Origin: the human T2T-CHM13v2.0 reference genome, Homo sapiens
Length of the DNA stretch: 64,000 nucleotides
Strand: one strand, 5' to 3'
Assembly (NCBI RefSeq): GCF_009914755.1
Contig: NC_060925.1
Part shown: one piece after another, positions 53,301 through 64,000 of the stretch
Position numbering within the stretch: position 1 is the stretch's first letter
Layout: each line of letters starts with the position of its first letter
The notes under the pieces: generated by a model
Told to the model about the DNA's origin: nothing
Seen by the model: only the letters and a program-made list of their open reading frames with translations
Databases searched by the model: none
Translations under genes and position numbers: made by a program

Positions 53301-53750
53301 TTTCTGTTCATAGAGCTGTTAGGAAACACTCTGTTTGTAAAGTCTGCAAGTGGATATTCAGACCTCCTTTAGGCCTTCGTTGGAAACGGGATTTCTTCAT
53401 ATTCTGCTAGACAGAAGAATTCTCAGTAACTTCCTTGTGTTGTGTGTATTCAACTCACAGAGTTGAACGATCCTTTACACAGAGCAGACTTGAAACACTC
53501 TTTTTGTGGAATTTGCAAGTGGAGATTTCAGCCGCTTTGAGGTCAATAGTAGAAAAGGAAATATCTTCGTAGAAAAACTAGACAGAATGATTCTCAGAAA
53601 CTCCTTTGTGATGTGTGTGTTCAACTCACAGAGTTTAACCTTTCTTTTCATAGAGCAGTTAGTAAACACTCTGTTTATAAAGTCTGCAAGTGGATATTCA
53701 GACCCCTTTGAGGCCTTCGTTGGAAACGGGATTTCTTCATATTATGCTAG
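50400..53750 (+). repeat. Isolated return of haplotype-1 sequence (G-A-B-C-D-E-F-G-H-A)
   Basis: The block-1 markers tggaaatttt, aagattagac, aggtcttcgt, gctttgtggtc and gagctgtt reappear. Confidence 0.82.
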
Positions 53751-56700
53751 ACAGAATAATTCTCAGTAACTTCCTTGTGTTGTGTGTATTCAACTCACAG
53801 AGTTGAAGGATCCTTTACAGAGAGCAGGCTTGAAACACACTTTTTGTCGAATTTGCAAGCGGAGATTTCAGCCGCTTTGAGGTCAATGGTAGAATAGGAA
53901 ATATCTTCTTATAGAAACTAGACAGAATGATTCTCATGAACTCCTTTGTGATGTGTGCGTTGAACTCACAGAGTTTAACCTTTCTTTTCATAGAGCAGTT
54001 AGGAAACACTCTGTTTGTAAAGTCTGCAAGTGGATATTCAGACCTCCTAGAGGCCTTCGTTGAAAACGGGATTTCTTCATATTCTGCTAGACAGAAGAAT
54101 TCTCAGTAACTTCCTTGTGTTGTGTGTATTCAACTCACAGAGTTGAACGATCCTTTACACAGAGCAGACTTGAAACACTCTTTCTGTGGAATTTGCAAGT
54201 GGAGATTTCAGCCGCTTTGAGGTCAATAGTAGAAAAGGAAATATCTTCGTAGAAAAACTAGACAGAATGATTCTCAGAAACTCCTTTGTGATGTGTGTGT
54301 TCAACTCACAGAGTTTAACCTTTCTTTTCATAGAGCAGTTAGTAAACACTCTGTTTATAAAGTCTGCAAGTGGATATTCAGACCCCTTTGAGGCCTTCGT
54401 TGGATACGGGATTTCTTCATATTATGCTAGACAGAAGAATTCTCAGTAACTTCCCTGTGTTGTGTGTATTCAACTGACAGAGTTGAACTTTCTTTTAGAG
54501 AGAGCAGATTTGAAACACTGTTTTTGTGGAATTTGCAACTGGAGATTTCAAGCGCTTTGGGGCCAAAGGCAGAAAAGGAAATATCTTCGTATAAAAACTA
54601 GACAGAATCATTCTCAGAAACTGCTGCGTGATGTGTGCGTTCAACTCTCAGAGTTTAACTTTTCTTTTCATTCAGCGGTTTGGAAACACTCTGTTTGTAA
54701 AGTCTGCACGTGGATATTTTGACCACTTAGAGGCCTTCGTTGGAAACGGGTTTTTTTCATGTAAGGCTAGACAGAAGAATTCCCAGTAACTTCCTTGTGT
54801 TGTGTGCATTCAACTCACAGAGTTGAACGTTCCCTTAGACAGAGCAGATTTGAAACACTCTATTTGTGCAATTTGCAAGTGTAGATTTCAAGCGCTTTAA
54901 GGTCAACGGCAGAAAAGGAAATATCTTCGTTTCAAAACTAGACAGAATCATTCCCACAAACTGCGTTGTGATGTGTTCGTTCAACTCACAGAGTTTAACC
55001 TTTCTGTTCATAGAGCAGTTAGGAAACACTCTGTTTGTAAAGTCTGTAAGTGGATATTCTGACATCTTGTGGCCTTCGTTGGAAACGGGATTTCTTCATA
55101 TTCTGCTAGACAGAAGAATTCTCAGTAACTTCCTTGTGTTGTGTGTATTCAACTCACAGAGTTGAACGATCCTTTACACAGAGCAGACTTGAAACACTCT
55201 TTTTGTGGAATTTGCAAGTGGAGATTTCAGCCACTTTGAGGTCAATGGTAGAAAAGGAAACTATCTTCATATAAAGACTAGACAGAATGATTCTCAGAAA
55301 CTCCTTTGTGATGTGTGTGTTCAACTCACAGAGTTTAACCTTTCTTTTCATAGAGCAGTTAGTAAACACTCTGTTTATAAAGTCTGCAAGTGGATATTCA
55401 GACCCCTTTGAGGCCTTCGTTGGAAACGGGATTTCTTCATATTATGCTAGACAGAAGAATTCTCAGTAACTTCCTTGTGTTGTGTGTATTCAATTGACAG
55501 AGTTGAACTTTCTTTTAGAGAGAGCAGATTTGAAACACTGTTTTTGTGGAATTTGCAACTGGAGATTTCAAGCGCTTTGGGGCCAAAGGCAGAAAAGGAA
55601 ATATCTTCGTATAAAAACTAGACAGAATCATTCTCAGAAACTGCTGCGTGATGTGTGCGTTCAACTATCAGAGTTTAACTTTTCTTTTCATTCAGCGGTT
55701 TGGAAACACTCTGTTTGTAAAGTCTGCACGTGGATATTTTGACCACTTAGAGGCCTTCGTTGGAAACGGGTTTTTTTCATGTAAGGCTAGACAGAAGAAT
55801 TCCCAGTAACTTCCTTGTGTTGTGTGCATTCAACTCACAGAGTTGAACGTTCCCTTAGACAGAGCAGATTTGAAACACTCTATTTGTGCAATTTGCAAGT
55901 GTAGATTTCAAGCGCTTTAAGGTCAACGGCAGAAAAGGAAATATCTTCGTTTCAAAACTAGACAGAATCATTCCCACAAACTGCGTTGTGATGTGTTCGT
56001 TCAACTCACAGAGTTTAACCTTTCTGTTCATAGAGCAGTTAGGAAACACTCTGTTTGTAAAGTCTGTAAGTGGATATTCTGACATCTTGTGGCCTTCGTT
56101 GGAAACGGGATTTCTTCATATTCTGCTAGACAGAAGAATTCTCAGTAACTTCCTTGTGTTGTGTGTATTCAACTCACAGAGTTGAATGATCCTTTACACA
56201 GAGCAGACTTGAAACACTCTTTTTGTGGAATTTGCAAGTGGAGATTTCAGCCGCTTTGAGGTCAATGGTAGAAAAGTAAATATCTTCGTATAAAGACTAG
56301 ACAGAATGATTCTTAGAAACTCCTTTGTGATGTGTGCGTTCAACTCACAGAGTTTAACCTTTCTGTTCATAGAGCAGTTAGGAAACACTCTGTTTGTAAA
56401 GTCTGCAAGTGGATATTCAGACCTCCTTTAGGCCTTCGTTGGAAACGGGATTTCTTCATATTCTGCTAGACAGAAGAATTCTCAGTAACTTCCTTGTGTT
56501 GTGTGTATTCAACTCACAGAGTTGAACGATCCTTTACACAGAGCAGACTTGAAACACTCTTTTTGTGGAATTTGCAAGTGGAGATTTCAGCCGCTTTGAG
56601 GTCAATGGTAGAAAAGGAAATATCTTCGTATAAAGACTAGACAGAATGATTCTCATAAACTCCTTTGTGATGTGTGCGTTCAACTCACAGAGTTTAACCT

Positions 56701-59700
56701 TTCTGTTCATAGAGCAGTTAGGAAACACTCTGTTTGTAAAGTCTGCAAGTGGATATTCAGACCTCCTTGAGGCCTTCGTTGGAAACGGGATTTCTTCATA
56801 TTCTGCTAGACAGAAGAATTCTCAGTAACTTCCTTGTGTTGTGTGTATTCAACTCACAGAGTTGAATGATCCTTTACACAGAGCAGACTTGAAACACTCT
56901 TTTTGTGGAATTTGCAAGTGGAGATTTCAGCCGCTTTGAGGTCAATGGTAGAAAAGGAAATATCTTCGTATAAAGACTAGACAGAATGATTCTCAGAAAC
57001 TCCTTTGTGATGTGTGCGTTCAACTCACAGAGTTTAACCTTTCTGTTCATAGAGCAGTTAGGAAACACTCTGTTTGTAAAGTCTGCAAGTGGATATTCAG
57101 ACCTCCTTGAGGCCTTCGTTGGAAACGGGATTTCTTCATATTCTGCTAGACAGAAGAATTCTCAGTAACTTCCTTGTGTTGTGTGTATTCAACTCACAGA
57201 GTTGAACGATCCTTTACACAGAGCAGACTTGAAACACTCTTTTTGTGGAATTTGCAAGTGGAGATTTCAGCCGCTTTGAGGTCAATAGTAGAAAAGGAAA
57301 TATCTTCGTAGAAAAACTAGACAGAATGATTTTCAGAAACTCCTTTGTGATGTGTGTGTTCAACTCACAGAGTTTAACCTTTCTTTTCATAGAGCAGTTA
57401 GTAAACACTCTGTTTATAAAGTCTGCAAGTGGATATTCAGACCCCTTTGAGGCCTTCGTTGGAAACGGGATTTCTTCATATTATGCTAGACAGAAGAATT
57501 CTCAGTAACTTCCTTGTGTTGTGTGTATTCAACTGACAGAGTTGAACTTTCATTTAGAGAGAGCAGATTTGAAACACTGTTTTTGTGGAATTTGCAAGTG
57601 GAGATTTCAAGCGCTTTGGGGCCAAAGGCAGAAAAGGAAATATCTTCGTATAAAAACTAGACAGAATCATTCTCAGAAACTGCTGCGTGATGTGTGCGTT
57701 CAACTCTCAGAGTTTAACTTTTCTTTTCATTCAGCGGTTTGGAAACACTCTGTTTGTAAAGTCTGCACGTGGATATTTTGACCACTTAGAGGCCTTCGTT
57801 GGAAACGGGTTTTTTTTCATGTAAGGCTAGACAGAAGAATTCCCAGTAACTTCCTTGTGTTGTGTGCATTCAACTCACAGAGTTGAACGTTCCCTTAGAC
57901 AGAGCAGATTTGAAACACTCTATTTGTGCAATTTGCAAGTGTAGATTTCAAGCGCTTTAAGGTCAACGGCAGAAAAGGAAATATCTTCGTTTCAAAACTA
58001 GACAGAATCATTCCCACAAACTGCGTTGTGATGTGTTCGTTCAACTCACAGAGTTTAACCTTTCTGTTCATAGAGCAGTTAGGAAACACTCTGTTTGTAA
58101 AGTCTGTAAGTGGATATTCTGACATCTTGTGGCCTTCGTTGGAAACGGGATTTCTTCATATTCTGCTAGACAGAAGAATTCTCAGTAACTTCCTTGTGTT
58201 GTGTGTATTCAACTCACAGAGTTGAATGATCCTTTACACAGAGCAGACTTGAAACACTCTTTTTGTGGAATTTGCAAGTGGAGATTTCAGCCGCTTTGAG
58301 GTCAATGGTAGTAAAGGAACCTATCTTCATATAAAGACTAGACAGAATGATTCTCAGAAAATCTTTTGTGATGTGTGCGTTCAACTCACAGAGTTTAACT
58401 TTTCTTCTCATAGAGCAGTTAGGAAACACTCTGTTTGTAAAGTGTGCAAGTGGATATTCAGACCTCTTTGAGGCCTTCGTTGGAAACGGGATTTCTTCAT
58501 ATTATGCTAGACAGAAAAATTCTCAGTAACTTCCTTGTGTTGTGTGTATTCAACTCACAGAGTTGAAGGATCCTTTACAGAGAGCAGGCTTGAAACACTC
58601 TTTTTGTCGAATTTGCAAGTGGAGATTTCAGCCGCTTTGAGGTCAATGGTAGAATAGGAAATATCTTCTTATAGAAACTAGACAGAATGATTCTCATGAA
58701 CTCCTTTGTGATGTGTGCGTTGAACTCACAGAGTTTAACCTTTCTTTTCATAGAGGAGTTAGGAAACACTCTGTTTGTAAAGTCTGCAAGTGGATATTCA
58801 GACCTCCTTGAGGCCTTCGTTGGAAACGGGATTTCTTCATATTCTGCTAGACAGAAGAATTCTCAGTAACTTCCTTGTGTTGTGTTTATTCAACTCACAG
58901 AGTTGAATGATCCTTTACACAGAGCAGACTTGAAACACTCTTTTTGTGGAAATTGCAAGTGGAGATTTCAGCCGCTTTGAGGTCAATGGTAGAAAAGTAA
59001 ATATCTTCGTATAAAGACTAGACAGAATGATTCTCAGAAACTCCTTTGTGATGTGTGCGTTCAACTCACAGAGTTTAACCTTTCTGTTCATAGAGCAGTT
59101 AGGAAACACTCTGTTTGTAAAGTCTGCAAGTGGATATTCAGACCTCCTTGAGGCCTTCGTTGAAAACGGGATTTCTTCATATTCTGCTAGACAGAAGAAT
59201 TCTCAGTAACTTCCTTGTGTTGTGTGTATTCAACTCACAGAGTTGAACGATCCTTTACACAGAGCAGACTTGAAACACTCTTTCTGTGGAATTTGCAAGT
59301 GGAGATTTCAACCGCTTTGAGGTCAATAGTAGAAAAGGAAATATCTTCGTAGAAAAACTAGACAGAATGATTCTCAGAAACTCCTTTGTGATGTGTGTGT
59401 TCAACTCACAGAGTTTAACCTTTCTTTTCATAGAGCAGTTAGTAAACACTCTGTTTATAAAGTCTGCAAGTGGATATTCAGACCCCTTTGAGGCCTTCGT
59501 TGGAAACGGGATTTCTTCATATTATGCTAGACAGAAGAATTCTCAGTAACTTCCTTGTGTTGTGTGTATTCAACTGACAGAGTTGAACTTTCTTTTAGAG
59601 AGAGCAGATTTGAAACACTGTTTTTGTGGAATTTGCAACTGGAGATTTCAAGCGCTTTGGGGTCAAAGGCAGAAAAGGAAATATCTTCGTATAAAAACTA

Positions 59701-62700
59701 GACAGAATCATTCTCAGAAACTGCTGCGTGATGTGTGCGTTCAACTATCAGAGTTATCTTTTCTTTTCATTCAGCGGTTTGGAAACACTCTGTTTGTAAA
59801 GTCTGCACGTGGATATTTTGACCACTTAGAGGCCTTCGTTGGAAACGGGTTTTTTTCATGTAAGGCTAGACAGAAGAATTCCCAGTAACTTCCTTGTGTT
59901 GTGTGCATTCAACTCACAGAGTTGAACGTTCCCTTAGACAGAGGAGATTTGAAACACTCTATTTGTGCAATTTGCAAGTGTAGATTTCAAGCGCTTTAAG
60001 GTCAACGGCAGAAAAGGAAATATCTTCGTTTCAAAACTAGACAGAATCATTCCCACAAACTGCGTTGTGATGTGTTCGCTCAACTCACAGAGTTTAACCT
60101 TTCTGTTCATAGAGCAGTTAGGAAACACTCTGTTTGTAAAGACTGTAAGTGGATATTCTGACATCTTGTGGCCTTCGTTGGAAACGGGATTTCTTCATAT
60201 TCTGCTAGACAGAAGAATTCTCAGTAACTTCCTTGTGTTGTGTGTATTCAACTCACAGAGTTGAACGATCCTTTACACAGAGCAGACTTGAAACACTCTT
60301 TTTGTGGAATTTGCAAGTGGAGATTTCAGCCGCTTTGAGGTCAATGGTAGAAAAGGAAACTATCTTCATATAAAGACTAGACAGAATGATTCTCAGAAAA
60401 TCTTTTGTGATGTGTGCGTTCAACTCACAGAGTTTAACTTTTCTTCTCATAGAGCAGTTAGGAAACACTCTGTTTGTAAAGTGTGCAAGTGGATATTCAG
60501 ACCTCTTTGAGGCCTTCGTTGGAAACGGGATTTCTTCATATTATGCTAGACAGAATAATTCTCAGTAACTTCCTTGTGTTGTGTGTATTCAACTCACAGA
60601 GTTGAAGGATCCTTTACAGAGAGCAGGCTTGAAACACACTTTTTGTCGAATTTGCAAGCGGAGATTTCAGCCGCTTTGAGGTCAATGGTAGAATAGGAAA
60701 TATCTTCTTATAGAAACTAGACAGAATGATTCTCATGAACTCCTTTGTGATGTGTGCGTTGAACTCACCGAGTTTAACCTTTCTTTTCATAGAGCAGTTA
60801 GGAAACACTCTGTTTGTAAAGTCTGCAAGTGGATATTCAGACCTCCTTGAGGCCTTCGTTGGAAACGGGATTTCTTCATATTCTGCTAGACAGAAGAATT
60901 CTCAATAACTTCCTTGTGTTGTGTTTATTCAACTCACAGAGTTGAATGATCCTTTACACAGAGCAGACTTGAAACACTCTTTTTGTGGAAATTGCAAATG
61001 GAGATTTCAGCCGCTTTGAGGTCAATGGTAGAAAAGTAAATATCTTCGTATAAAGACTAGACAGAATGATTCTCAGAAACTCCTTTTTGATGTGTGTGTT
61101 CAACTCACAGAGTTTAACCTTTCTGTTCATAGAGCAGTTAGGAAACACTCTGTTTGTAAAGTCTGCAAGTGGATATTCAGACCTCCTAGAGGCCTTCGTT
61201 GAAAACGGGATTTCTTCATATTCTGCTAGACAGAAGAATTCTCAGTAACTTCCTTGTGTTGTGTGTATTCAACTCACAGAGTTGAACGATCCTTTACACA
61301 GAGCAGACTTGAAACACTCTTTCTGTGGAATTTGCAAGTGGAGATTTCAGCCGCTTTGAGGTCAATAGTAGAAAAGGAAATATCTTCGTAGAAAAACTAG
61401 ACAGAATGATTCTCAGAAACTCCTTTGTGATGTGTGTGTTCAACTCACAGAGTTTAACCTTTCTTTTCATAGAGCAGTTAGTAAACACTCTGTTTATAAA
61501 GTCTGCAAGTGGATATTCAGACCCCTTTGAGGCCTTCGTTGGAAACGGGATTTCTTCATATTATGCTAGACAGAAGAATTCTCAGTAACTTCCCTGTGTT
61601 GTGTGTATTCAACTGACAGAGTTGAACTTTCTTTTAGAGAGAGCAGATTTGAAACACTGTTTTTGTGGAATTTGCAACTGGAGATTTCAAGCGCTTTGGG
61701 GCCAAAGGCAGAAAAGGAAATATCTTCGTATAAAAACTAGACAGAATCATTCTCAGAAACTGCTGCGTGATGTGTGCGTTCAACTCTCAGAGTTTAACTT
61801 TTCTTTTCATTCAGCGGTTTGGAAACACTCTGTTTGTAAAGTCTGCACGTGGATATTTTGACCACTTAGAGGCCTTCGTTGGAAACGGGTTTTTTTCATG
61901 TAAGGCTAGACAGAAGAATTCCCAGTAACTTCCTTGTGTTGTGTGCATTCAACTCACAGAGTTGAACGTTCCCTTAGACAGAGCAGATTTGAAACACTCT
62001 ATTTGTGCAATTTGCAAGTGTAGATTTCAAGCGCTTTAAGGCCAACGGCAGAAAAGGAAATATCTTCGTTTCAAAACTAGACAGAATCATTCCCACAAAC
62101 TGCGTTGTGATGTGTTCGTTCAACTCACAGAGTTTAACCTTTCTGTTCATAGAGCAGTTAGGAAACACTCTGTTTGTAAAGTCTGTAAGTGGATATTCTG
62201 ACATCTTGTGGCCTTCGTTGGAAACGGGATTTCTTCATATTCTGCTAGACAGAAGAATTCTCAGTAACTTCCTTGTGTTGTGTGTATTCAACTCACAGAG
62301 TTGAACGATCCTTTACACAGAGCAGACTTGAAACACTCTTTTTGTGGAATTTGCAAGTGGAGATTTCAGCCGCTTTGAGGTCAATGGTAGAAAAGGAAAC
62401 TATCTTCATATAAAGACTAGACAGAATGATTCTCAGAAACTCCTTTGTGATGTGTGTGTTCAACTCACAGAGTTTAACCTTTCTTTTCATAGAGCAGTTA
62501 GTAAACACTCTGTTTATAAAGTCTGCAAGTGGATATTCAGACCCCTTTGAGGCCTTCGTTGGAAATGGGATTTCTTCATATTATGCTAGACAGAAGAATT
62601 CTCAGTAACTTCCTTGTGTTGTGTGTATTCAACTGACAGAGTTGAACTTTCTTTTAGAGAGAGCAGATTTGAAACACTGTTTTTGTGGAATTTGCAACTG

Positions 62701-64000
62701 GAGATTTCAAGCGCTTTGGGGCCAAAGGCAGAAAAGGAAATATCTTCGTATAAAAACTAGACAGAATCATTCTCAGAAACTGCTGCGTGATGTGTGCGTT
62801 CAACTATCAGAGTTTAACTTTTCTTTTCATTCAGCGGTTTGGAAACACTCTGTTTGTAAAGTCTGCACGTGGATATTTTGACCACTTAGAGGCCTTCGTT
62901 GGAAACGGGTTTTTTTCATGTAAGGCTAGACAGAAGAATTCCCAGTAACTTCCTTGTGTTGTGTGCATTCAACTCACAGAGTTGAACGTTCCCTTAGACA
63001 GAGCAGATTTGAAACGCTCTATTTGTGCAATTTGCAAGTGTAGATTTCAAGCGCTTTAAGGTCAACGGCAGAAAAGGAAATATCTTCGTTTCAAAACTAG
63101 ACAGAATCATTCCCACAAACTGCGTTGTGATGTGTTCGTTCAACTCACAGAGTTTAACCTTTCTGTTCATAGAGCAGTTAGGAAACACTCTGTTTGTAAA
63201 GTCTGTAAGTGGATATTCTGACATCTTGTGGCCTTCGTTGGAAACGGGATTTCTTCATATTCTGCTAGACAGAAGAATTCTCAGTAACTTCCTTGTGTTG
63301 TGTGTATTCAACTCACAGAGTTGAACGATCCTTTACACAGAGCAGACTTGAAACACTCTCTTTGTGGAATTTGCAAGTGGAGATTTCAGCCGCTTTGAGG
63401 TCAATGGTAGAAAAGGAAACTATCTTCATATAAAGACTAGACAGAATGATTCTCAGAAAATCTTTTGTGATGTGTGCGTTCAACTCACAGAGTTTAACTT
63501 TTCTTCTCATAGAGCAGTTAGGAAACACTCTGTTTGTAAAGTCTGCAAGTGGATATTCAGCCCTCTTTGAGGCCTTCGTTGGAAACGGGATTTCTTCATA
63601 TTATGCTAGACAGAATAATTCTCAGTAACTTCCTTGTGTTGTGTGTATTCAACTCACCGAGTTGAAGGATCCTTTACAGAGAGCAGGCTTGAAACACTCT
63701 TTTTGTCGAATTTGCAAGTGGAGATTTCAGCCGCTTTGAGGTGAATGGTAGAATAGGAAATATCTTCTTATAGAAACTAGACAGAATGATTCTCATAAAC
63801 TCCTTTGTGATGTGTGCGTTCAACTCACAGAGTTTAACCTTTCTTTTCATAGAGCAGTTAGGAAACACTCTGTTTGTAAAGTCTGCAAGTGGATATTCAG
63901 ACCTCCTTGAGGCCTTCGTTGGAAACGGGATTTCTTCATATTCTGCTAGACAGAAGAATTCTCAGTAACTTCCTTGTGTTGTGTTTATTCAACTCACAGA
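53751..64000 (+). repeat. Second occurrence of haplotype-2 sequence, interrupted at ~56.5-58.4 kb by a non-haplotype-2 12-mer and running into haplotype-3-like sequence at the window end
   Basis: The markers aactttctttt, gcaactgg, tttctgtgg and gttgaaaacggg return, with 6-mers at 54835 and 61974. The B dimer at 57.5 kb instead has aactttcatt/gcaagtgg. Confidence 0.8.

Larger units (their letters stand above)
1..64000 (+). repeat. Centromeric alpha-satellite higher-order repeat array, SF1 dimeric (J1/J2); most like the human chr1/5/19 live HOR (D1Z7/D5Z2/D19Z3, S1C1/5/19H1L)
   Basis: Continuous ~170 bp monomers with alphoid consensus segments (ATTCTCAGAAACTCCTTTGTGATGTGTGCGTTCAACTCACAGAGTT; GAAACACTCTTTTTGTGGAATTTGCAAGTGGA). 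Strict 339-341 bp dimer period, one EcoRI site (GAATTC) in most dimers, and a CENP-B box in every second monomer. The alpha-satellite/SF1 call is essentially certain. The chr1/5/19 assignment is from recognition, not alignment. Confidence 0.97.

Noticed and set aside
59562-59888. Longest ORF (108 aa)
   Set aside because: It is produced by the 1-bp deletion near 59755, which fuses two satellite reading frames.
102-63968. Hundreds of 60-108 aa ORFs on both strands that look like a tandem, diversified small-protein family
   Set aside because: They overlap in several frames on both strands and recur simply because the DNA repeats every 340 bp. Many begin at non-ATG codons, and they show no sign of codon-level constraint. 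They are chance translations of alpha satellite; database matches to such peptides would most likely be spurious annotations.
1-64000. CRISPR-like array (conserved motif at regular spacing)
   Set aside because: The intervals between motifs are themselves near-identical repeats, not unique spacers. The period is 170/340 bp and there are no cas genes.
1-64000. Variable-cassette or programmed diversification system (antigenic variation, DGR, shufflon-like) suggested by the chimeric units
   Set aside because: There is no recombinase, reverse transcriptase, expression site or adenine-specific variation. Ordinary satellite unequal exchange and conversion explain the chimeras.
1-64000. L1/Alu/HSat insertion or strand inversion
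   Set aside because: All core spacings are multiples of ~340 bp to within 5 bp, leaving no room for an insert. Every CENP-B box I read is on the + strand.
1-64000. Assignment to a specific chromosome (1, 5 or 19) or to the CENP-A/CDR domain
   Set aside because: The three arrays share the HOR. Assignment needs chromosome-specific k-mers or alignment, and CDR status needs methylation or chromatin data.

Overview
The whole 64 kb window is one uninterrupted, head-to-tail (+ strand) array of primate centromeric alpha-satellite DNA: about 376 monomers of ~170 bp arranged as about 188 dimers of ~340 bp, each with one CENP-B-box monomer and one A-box monomer. This is suprachromosomal family 1 (J1/J2). 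It resembles the live human chr1/5/19 HOR (D1Z7/D5Z2/D19Z3; S1C1/5/19H1L); I cannot resolve which chromosome. I see no genes, RNA genes, transposon insertions, inversions or CRISPR array. All listed ORFs are chance translations of the satellite, and I used them only as barcodes for dimer variants. I found no support for a new protein- or RNA-based system. The notable content is the array architecture. A conserved divergent 4-monomer core (dimers I label B and C, 29 copies) is separated by 1-8 near-identical dimers, giving 6-, 12-, 14-, 16-, 18- and 20-mer units. These are nested into super-repeats (~4.76 kb 16+12, 5.1 kb 12+6+12, 3.06 kb x3) and into interleaved SNV haplotype blocks. Mappable duplication and deletion junctions, local mutation clusters and a few inactivated CENP-B boxes are also visible. 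Dimer labels are my own, from diagnostic bases: A aatagtaga/agtaaacac/ttataaag; B ctgacagag/aactttca; C gcattcaac/aacgttccc; D aaactatcttcat; E aaggatcc/caggcttg; F cttcctataaagac/gccgtt; G acattc/aacgattc; H gagctgtt; I ttcttagaa; J aacaatcc; K tttctgccg. A prime marks a variant copy. All comparisons were made by eye.
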